Origin: Burkholderiales bacterium | GTDB lineage: Bacteria; Pseudomonadota; Gammaproteobacteria; Burkholderiales; SG8-39 | Assembly: GCA_035549805.1 (NCBI GenBank) | Contig: DASZQH010000361.1 | Span: 1-45,909 of the forward strand | Length of the DNA stretch: 45,909 nucleotides | Direction: 5' to 3' | Shown: piece by piece, positions 40,332-45,909 of the stretch | How the letters are laid out: each line of letters begins with the position of its first letter | Numbering within the stretch: position 1 is the stretch's first letter | Made by a program: the position numbers and the translations under genes | Notes under the pieces: generated by a model | The model's database searches: none | What the model saw: only the letters and a program-made list of their open reading frames with translations | What the model was told of the DNA's origin: nothing

Positions 40332-42404
40332 CTAGGACCCTTTCGCGACGGGGAGCAGGATGCTCACCACGGCGCCTCCGTCGCGGTTCTCGATGTCGAT
40401 GCCGCCGTTGTGCTCGTCGATGATCTTCTTCACGATCGCCAGGCCGAGACCCGTACCGCGCGCCTTGGTGGTTACATAAGGCTCGAAGATGCGCGCCATC
40501 AGCTCGGCCGGGAACCCCCCGCCGCTGTCGGCGACCGCCAGTCGTACGCGCTCCCCGGCAAGTTCCGTGCGTACCTCGATCAGCCGCGCTCCCGCCGGCG
40601 AGCGGACGTTCTCGAGGGCATCCTGCGAGTTCTGCACGAGGTTGTGGATCACCTGGCGGATCTGCGCGGAGTCGGCCCAGACCGGCGGCAGATCGGGCGC
40701 GAGGCGCCGCGCGATGGGGATCGTCGAAGTCTCGTAGAGGGCGAGCACTTCTGCCACCAGCCGGTTCACGTCCAGCCGCGACGGCGCCGGCGCCGGCAGC
40801 CTGGCGTAGTTCGCGAAATCGTCCACCATCGACTTGAGCGCGGCGACCTGGTTCACGATGGTCTCGGTCGCGCGCCGCAGCGTCGCTGCATCGTCCGCCG
40901 GCAGCCGTTCGGCAAGCTTCATCTCGAGGCGCTCGGCCGAGAGCTGGATCGGCGTGAGCGGATTCTTGATCTCGTGCGCGAGGCGCCTCGCCACCTCGCT
41001 CCACGCCATCGCGCGCTGCGCGTGCACGAGCTGCGTGATGTCGTCGAAGACCAGCACGTAGCCTCCGCCCGTCGTCATCGGGAGCGCGGCGGCACGGGCG
41101 TGCAGCGTCTTCCCCGTGCCCTTGAGCGCCAGCTCGAGGTTCCAGGCTTCGACGCCATGCGCCGCGAACTGCTCGCGCATCTCGGCGGCGAACTGCTCGA
41201 GCCCCTCGCCCAGGATCGCCAGCGCGCCCTGGTTCACGATCGTCAGGCGAAGCTCGTGGTCGAAGACGAGCACGCCCGCGGACAGGTTTCCGAGGATGTT
41301 CTCGAGGCGCACTTTCGCCTCCTCGAGGGCATGGCGACTCGACTCCATGCCGCGCCGCGCTTCGCCCAGCTGGCGGGTCATCGAGTTGAACGACTCCGTC
41401 AGCACGCCAAGCTCGTCGCGGCTCGTCACCGGCGCCTGGCGCGAGAAATCGCCGCGGGCCACCGCCTGCGTCGCCTGCGCGAGATTGGAAAGCGGCTCGG
41501 CGACCAGGTTCGACTGGGTGACCGCTACGGCGACGGCCACGAACAGCGCCATCAGCAGCGCGAAGGTCAGCGTGACGATGTAGATGCGCTTCAGGCCCTC
41601 GCGCGACAGGGCGAGCTCGCGATAGTCGCGATACGCGACCTCGACGGCTTCCGCGCTCTTGCCGAAGCTCGCCGGCACGGTCTGGCGCACCTGCAGGAAG
41701 CGCGTTTCGTCCGCCAGGCCCCGGCCGTCCACCGGGACGATGACGCGGATCGAGAGCGGGCGCCCCGAGGAGCCGTCGATCCCGGTGTATCCCCGGCTCG
41801 CGCGGGCCTGGCGCAGCGCCTGGACCGCCGGGAGCTCGGGAATGAGCTTCGTCACGTCCTCGCTCGCGCTGGCGACCAGCGTTCCGGCAGCGCTTACCAC
41901 GACGGCTTCCTGGACGCCGGCGCGCTCGCGCAGGCGCTCCAGGCCGGTCGCCAGTTGCCCCGGCGATCGGTCGCCGAGCTCGTTCGCCATGGCGCGCGCC
42001 CTGGACTGGAGATCGACCACCATCTGGTCGATCGCTTGCTGTCCGAGGTTGATGCCGCCCTCGAGAGCGGCGTCGACCTTGACGTCGAACCACGACTCGA
42101 TCGAGCGCGTGAGAAAGTGAACCGAAACCCCGTAGACGAGAAGGCCGGGTACCACTGCGAGGAGCGCGAAGCGCCCGAGGAGCCGCAGGGTCAGGCGGGC
42201 GCCGAAGACGCGAGCCCGATAGCGCCGCACGACGGTCACCAATTGATAGCCGACCAGCACCGCAAGAAGCATGGCCAGCGCACCGTTGAGCAACAGCAGC
42301 AGCGGCAGATCGAGCGTGAGCAGCGACGTATCGCCGCTCGCGGTCGCAAGAAGGAAGAGCCCTGCCGCAGCCACCGTGCCGCCGACGATGATCAGCGTCT
42401 TCAC
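40332..42404 (-). CDS. ntrY: NtrY-type sensor histidine kinase (TM, HAMP, PAS, HisKA, HATPase)
   Basis: H-box HEIKNPLTPIQLSAERL, N-box VIHNLVQNS and G-boxes DSGGGF/GTGLGLAIV. A GTG at 42404 forming a GTGA overlap with the DUF4390 stop is preferred. An ATG at 42485 is the alternative. Confidence 0.88.
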   Translation of the reverse strand: MKTLIIVGGTVAAAGLFLLATASGDTSLLTLDLPLLLLLNGALAMLLAVLVGYQLVTVVRRYRARVFGARLTLRLLGRFALLAVVPGLLVYGVSVHFLTRSIESWFDVKVDAALEGGINLGQQAIDQMVVDLQSRARAMANELGDRSPGQLATGLERLRERAGVQEAVVVSAAGTLVASASEDVTKLIPELPAVQALRQARASRGYTGIDGSSGRPLSIRVIVPVDGRGLADETRFLQVRQTVPASFGKSAEAVEVAYRDYRELALSREGLKRIYIVTLTFALLMALFVAVAVAVTQSNLVAEPLSNLAQATQAVARGDFSRQAPVTSRDELGVLTESFNSMTRQLGEARRGMESSRHALEEAKVRLENILGNLSAGVLVFDHELRLTIVNQGALAILGEGLEQFAAEMREQFAAHGVEAWNLELALKGTGKTLHARAAALPMTTGGGYVLVFDDITQLVHAQRAMAWSEVARRLAHEIKNPLTPIQLSAERLEMKLAERLPADDAATLRRATETIVNQVAALKSMVDDFANYARLPAPAPSRLDVNRLVAEVLALYETSTIPIARRLAPDLPPVWADSAQIRQVIHNLVQNSQDALENVRSPAGARLIEVRTELAGERVRLAVADSGGGFPAELMARIFEPYVTTKARGTGLGLAIVKKIIDEHNGGIDIENRDGGAVVSILLPVAKGS

Positions 42405-43012
42405 CGCACAGCGCTCCCGCGCGGCTCGCGCGTCTCGACCGGCGCCGGAAGATGTTTCGGCGAGCGCACGGTGAACCGCCTCCACGGCGTTTCCAGCTGA
42501 AGATCGCGGGCGGTGAAGGCGCTCAGCTGGAAAGGCTTCGGCAGCAGCGAGGTATCGAGCCGGAAGCGGACCGCCGCCTCGTAGTCGGCGTCGGAGAAGG
42601 TCACGGTCCGGTCCACGACGAGCCAGCCGCGCACCCGCTTCATGGCAGCGAGGACATCGTCGAGCGTGTCGAAACTGCGTTGCAGCAAGCCCGTCGAAAG
42701 CCGGTATTGCCGCGATAGCGGGTGGTACGACACGCGCATCTGCAGCCTGGCCGATGCCGCTTTCTCGTCGAGCCAGTACCAGCGCTCGCGCACGAGCTCG
42801 AAGTCGACCGCGAAATAGAGGGCGACGCCGCCGGCAAGGACCTCTGCGAGCCTCGGCGTCAGCTCGAACGCGATATCCGCATCGAGGACCAGCCCTTCCT
42901 CGGTCGCGCGCAGGCTTGCCTCGCGTACCTCGTTCTCGTCCGCCTTGGCAACGCCGGCGAGAAGGACAGCGAGCAGCAGTACAAACCGCGTCAGGAACGC
43001 CATTCGGCGCAT
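42401..43012 (-). CDS. DUF4390 domain protein, secreted/periplasmic
   Basis: 203 aa with signal peptide MRRMAFLTRFVLLLAVLLAGVAKA. Conserved position between rsmB and the NtrY-like kinase. Confidence 0.75.
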   Translation of the reverse strand: MRRMAFLTRFVLLLAVLLAGVAKADENEVREASLRATEEGLVLDADIAFELTPRLAEVLAGGVALYFAVDFELVRERWYWLDEKAASARLQMRVSYHPLSRQYRLSTGLLQRSFDTLDDVLAAMKRVRGWLVVDRTVTFSDADYEAAVRFRLDTSLLPKPFQLSAFTARDLQLETPWRRFTVRSPKHLPAPVETREPRGSAVR

Positions 43013-43023
43013 CGCGCCTCGCC

Positions 43024-44286
43024 TCAGGCTTGTCTAGCGATCAGCGCGTAATAGAACCCGTCGCGCTCCCCATCCGGAAGCCGCTGCGAGGCGGCGCCGT
43101 CCGCCAGCGCCAGCAGGTGCGCACCCTTCGTGCGATTCAGGAAACCGTCCACCACTTCGCCGTTCTCCTCTGGAAAGACGGAGCAGGTGACATACAGCAA
43201 TTTACCACCCGGGGCGAGCGCATGCCAAAGTGCATCCAGGATCCCGCCCTGTCGCGTCGCGAAGTTGCCTGCGTCGGAAGGCCGGCGCAGCCACTTGAGA
43301 TCCGGGTGGCGCCTCACGATGCCGGAAGCCGTGCATGGAACGTCGGCCAGGATCCGGTCGAATGGATTGCCGTCCCACCACGCGGCGAGATCGGTGCAGT
43401 CGGCGGCCAGCAGGGTCGCAGACGATCCGAGGCGTGCCAGGTTCGCCTGAACCCTCTCGAGCCGGCTGGCGTCTGCGTCCAGCGCGACGAGAGAGACTTC
43501 GGCGCGTTCGAGGATGTGCCCGGTCTTTCCACCCGGTGCCGCGCACGCGTCCAGCACGCGCTGGCCAGGCGCGAGGTCGAGAAAGCCTGCGGCGAGCTGG
43601 GCGCCGGCGTCCTGGACCGACGCGTGGCCGTCCGCGAAGCCGGGCAGCCGCGAGACCGGCACCGGTCGCTCGAGAAGAAGCGCATCGGGCCCCACTTGCC
43701 GCGCGCTCAGCCCCTCGCCCGCAAGCCGCGCCAGGTATTCGGCCACGCTGCTGCGCCGCCGATTCACTCGAAGCGTCATCGGCGGATGGGTATTTCCGGC
43801 CAGTAACGCGGCTTCCCAAGAATCCGGATAGGCGGTGCGCAGGGCGTCGATCCACCAGGCGGGATGCTGAAAACGCGCCTCCGCGTCCATCTGGATCCGG
43901 ATCTCCAGACTGGCGCGCTGTCGAAGGTAGGCACGCAGCACGGCGTTGAGGTAGCCCTTCGCATTCCACTTCTCGAGCAGCGTGCAGGCGCGCACCGCCT
44001 GATCGACGACCGTGTATTCCGAGTACCGCCCCGAATCGAGCGCGTAGAGGGCGCACCAAAGCAACGCCTGCACCGTCTCGTCGGCCGGCTCTCGGTGGGA
44101 AAGCGCGCGCGACAGGAACTGCACCCTGCCAAAGCGGCGCAACGTCCCATGGGCGAGATCCACGACGGCCGCTCGCTCTTCCGATTCCGGAAGGCGTACC
44201 AACTCGTCCGCCAGGCTGCGGCCGCCCACCACACGCGTCACGATAGGCGCAGCATGCTTCAGCGCCTCGGCCAGGGAGGCCTTCAC
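43024..44286 (-). CDS. rsmB: 16S rRNA (cytosine967-C5)-methyltransferase
   Basis: 420 aa with a NusB-like N-domain, the SAM motif VLDACAAPGGKT, and the catalytic DVPCTASG and TCS motifs. GTGA overlap with the fmt stop. Confidence 0.9.
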   Translation of the reverse strand: MKASLAEALKHAAPIVTRVVGGRSLADELVRLPESEERAAVVDLAHGTLRRFGRVQFLSRALSHREPADETVQALLWCALYALDSGRYSEYTVVDQAVRACTLLEKWNAKGYLNAVLRAYLRQRASLEIRIQMDAEARFQHPAWWIDALRTAYPDSWEAALLAGNTHPPMTLRVNRRRSSVAEYLARLAGEGLSARQVGPDALLLERPVPVSRLPGFADGHASVQDAGAQLAAGFLDLAPGQRVLDACAAPGGKTGHILERAEVSLVALDADASRLERVQANLARLGSSATLLAADCTDLAAWWDGNPFDRILADVPCTASGIVRRHPDLKWLRRPSDAGNFATRQGGILDALWHALAPGGKLLYVTCSVFPEENGEVVDGFLNRTKGAHLLALADGAASQRLPDGERDGFYYALIARQA

Positions 44287-45203
44287 GCGAGCTTGGCGCC
44301 GGGCGGGAGCCGATACCCTCTGAGGAACTCCTCTGCGCTGAGCCGGCGCCCGCCCGATCGCTGAAGTTCCTGGATCTCGAGCAAGCCGCTACCGCAGCCG
44401 GCGATCAGCGCTCCTTCGGCCGCGCGAATCGTGCCGGGCTCCGCTGTCCCTTGATGGACGCGCGCGCGCCAGATCTTCAGCGGTTGGCCTTCCAGGTTCG
44501 TGCTGGCGCCCGGTACCGGACGAAATGCCCGCACGACACGCTCCAGCTCTTCCGCGGACCGATGCCAGTCCAGAACCGCTTCGGCTTTCGCGATCTTCGG
44601 GGCATAGGTGACTCCTTGCGCCGGCTGGATTCGTCCCTCGAGAGTGCGTTGCGCCACGCCCTCCAGGGCAGCGACGATCATCCGCGCGCCCAGCGCCGCC
44701 AGCTTGTCGTGCAGCGTGCCGGCATCGTCCTGAGGCAGGATCGGAATCATCTCCTGCATCAGAACGGGTCCTGTATCGAGTCCCTCGTCCATCTGCATGA
44801 TCGAAATGCCGGTTTCCCGGTCGCCGGCGAGGATCGCCCGCTGGATCGGGGCAGCGCCGCGCCAGCGCGGCAGGAGCGAGGCGTGAATGTTGACGGCACC
44901 GAGCGGAAACGCGTCGAGCACGGCGCGGGGGAGAATGAGGCCATACGCAGCGACGATGAGCGCGTCGGCTCGTGTGGCGAGGAGTCGGGAACGCACGTCA
45001 TCGGACTTGAGCGTCTCCGGCTGATAGACGGGGAGACTGCATGCGGCCGCATAACGCTTCACCGCGCTCTCCACCGGCTTGAGGCCGCGTCCGCCTGGAC
45101 GGTCGGGTTGCGTCAGGACAAGCGATATCTCGTGACCGGCGCTCCGCAGCGCCTCGAGCGCTGTCGCGGCGAACTCGGGAGTTCCGGCGAAAACGAGTCG
45201 CAG
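44283..45203 (-). CDS. fmt: Methionyl-tRNA formyltransferase
   Basis: The conserved N-terminus RLVFAGTPEFAATALEAL..TQPDRPGGRG lies upstream of the track start (GTG 45074). The only start-like codon after the in-frame def TAG is a CTG at 45203. Motifs HASLLPRWRGAAPIQ are present. Confidence 0.85.
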   Translation of the reverse strand: MRLVFAGTPEFAATALEALRSAGHEISLVLTQPDRPGGRGLKPVESAVKRYAAACSLPVYQPETLKSDDVRSRLLATRADALIVAAYGLILPRAVLDAFPLGAVNIHASLLPRWRGAAPIQRAILAGDRETGISIMQMDEGLDTGPVLMQEMIPILPQDDAGTLHDKLAALGARMIVAALEGVAQRTLEGRIQPAQGVTYAPKIAKAEAVLDWHRSAEELERVVRAFRPVPGASTNLEGQPLKIWRARVHQGTAEPGTIRAAEGALIAGCGSGLLEIQELQRSGGRRLSAEEFLRGYRLPPGAKLA

Positions 45204-45212
45204 GAAGGGCGA

Positions 45213-45716
45213 CTAGGCCGTCTTGCGCAGCTGTTTGGCCAGCCGCGCGCGGATGCGCTGCTGCTTGAGCTGGGACAGATGCTCGACGAAGACCTTGCCC
45301 TTGAGATGATCCATCTCGTGCTGGATGCAGACGGCGAGCAGACCCTGCGCTTCCAGCGTGAACGAGTTTCCGTTCTGGTCGAACGCCCGCACCTTGACGC
45401 GCTCGGCGCGCTCGACCAGCTCGTAGATTCCCGGCACCGAGAGGCAGCCCTCTTCGATGTCGGAAACCCCCTGCGAATCGACGATGTCGGGGTTCACGAG
45501 CACGATCAGCGAATCGCGGCGATCGGAAACGTCTACCACGATGACCTGCTTGTGCACGTCGACTTGAGTCGCGGCGAGGCCGACTCCTGGCGCGGCGTAC
45601 ATGGTCTCCGCCATGTCCGCGACCAGTTTCTTGAGCGACTCATCGAAGACAGTCACGGGCACCGCCTGCTTGTGCAGCCGGGCATCGGGATAGCGGAGGA
45701 TATTCAGCTTGGCCAT
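45213..45716 (-). CDS. def: Peptide deformylase
   Basis: 167 aa with the motifs [16 protein letters not shown] and QHEMDHL. Confidence 0.95.
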   Translation of the reverse strand: MAKLNILRYPDARLHKQAVPVTVFDESLKKLVADMAETMYAAPGVGLAATQVDVHKQVIVVDVSDRRDSLIVLVNPDIVDSQGVSDIEEGCLSVPGIYELVERAERVKVRAFDQNGNSFTLEAQGLLAVCIQHEMDHLKGKVFVEHLSQLKQQRIRARLAKQLRKTA

Positions 45717-45909
45717 CGGTTCGGTGTTGGGGCGAAAACCCAGTTGCGCTGGAGCAGCGCTACCAGTAAGTAGGAAAACTTGCTTGCAATTGAATGGATT
45801 ATGTGGAGAATCTAACGCGATCTATAAGAATATCCGGCCTGTATGCTAAATTGGGGTCAGAAAAACGATTCTCCAGCCGGTCCAGGATGCCGCAAAAGGG
45901 ACGGGGTCG

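Noticed and set aside
40320-42500. A 726-aa ORF antisense to the NtrY-like kinase gene.
   Set aside because: Same high-GC artefact. The minus-strand frame carries complete HAMP, PAS, HisKA and HATPase motifs, while the plus-strand product has none.
45805-45874. An 8-bp inverted repeat (GGAGAATC / GATTCTCC) flanking an AT-rich 54-nt spacer upstream of def.
   Set aside because: The arms are short and the loop is long, so chance occurrence is plausible in an AT-rich promoter region. The window ends before the neighbouring gene can be seen, so no function can be argued.
45887-45909. An ATG (MPQKGRG..) at the right edge that might start a plus-strand gene divergent from def.
   Set aside because: Only 7 codons are visible, so it cannot be evaluated.

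Overview
High-GC (about 68%) chromosomal core region with a betaproteobacterial gene order. I support 51 protein-coding genes, tightly packed and often joined by 4-nt ATGA/GTGA start-stop overlaps.

Gene content:
- Minus strand, 38-6771: dat, dacC, rlpA, pyrC'-pyrB-pyrR, ruvX, yqgE, rubredoxin.
- Plus strand, 6823-10098: thiD-thiE-hemL and a GNAT acetyltransferase.
- Minus strand, 10099-16329: mtgA, aroE, a TonB-like protein, an RNB exoribonuclease, yqiA, mpl.
- Plus strand, 16417-22855: a conserved hypothetical, a TlpA-like redoxin, aroQ-accB-accC-prmA, a DUF3426 zinc-ribbon protein, a PfkB kinase, a SlyB-like lipoprotein.
- Minus strand, 22845-25887: a HIT protein, apaH, comM/yifB, ubiK.
- Plus strand, 26083-28743: an apparently sigma54/NtrC-controlled porin-glnK-amtB operon.
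- 28807-35022: a MarR-flanked aromatic-acid cluster of aryl-CoA ligase, FAH-family hydrolase, GST-zeta isomerase, pcaH, pcaG, pcaB and a convergent 4HBT thioesterase.
- Plus strand, 35218-39075: metH behind a structured terminator-containing leader, then a 32-codon ribosomal protein THX gene that is absent from the ORF track.
- Minus strand, 39080-45716: the block def-fmt-rsmB-DUF4390-ntrY-ntrX.

I saw no CRISPR array, IS element, integrase, tRNA or rRNA.

Most noteworthy observations:
- the mosaic aromatic operon, which lacks its expected partner enzymes;
- the unclassified attenuator-like metH leader;
- the NtrX-type regulator with a degenerate AAA+ domain, coupled to DUF4390 and to translation-initiation genes;
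- fmt, which has no canonical start codon.

Many long ORFs in the track are antisense or out-of-frame artefacts of high GC and were rejected. All functional calls come from by-eye motif recognition. No database search was run.
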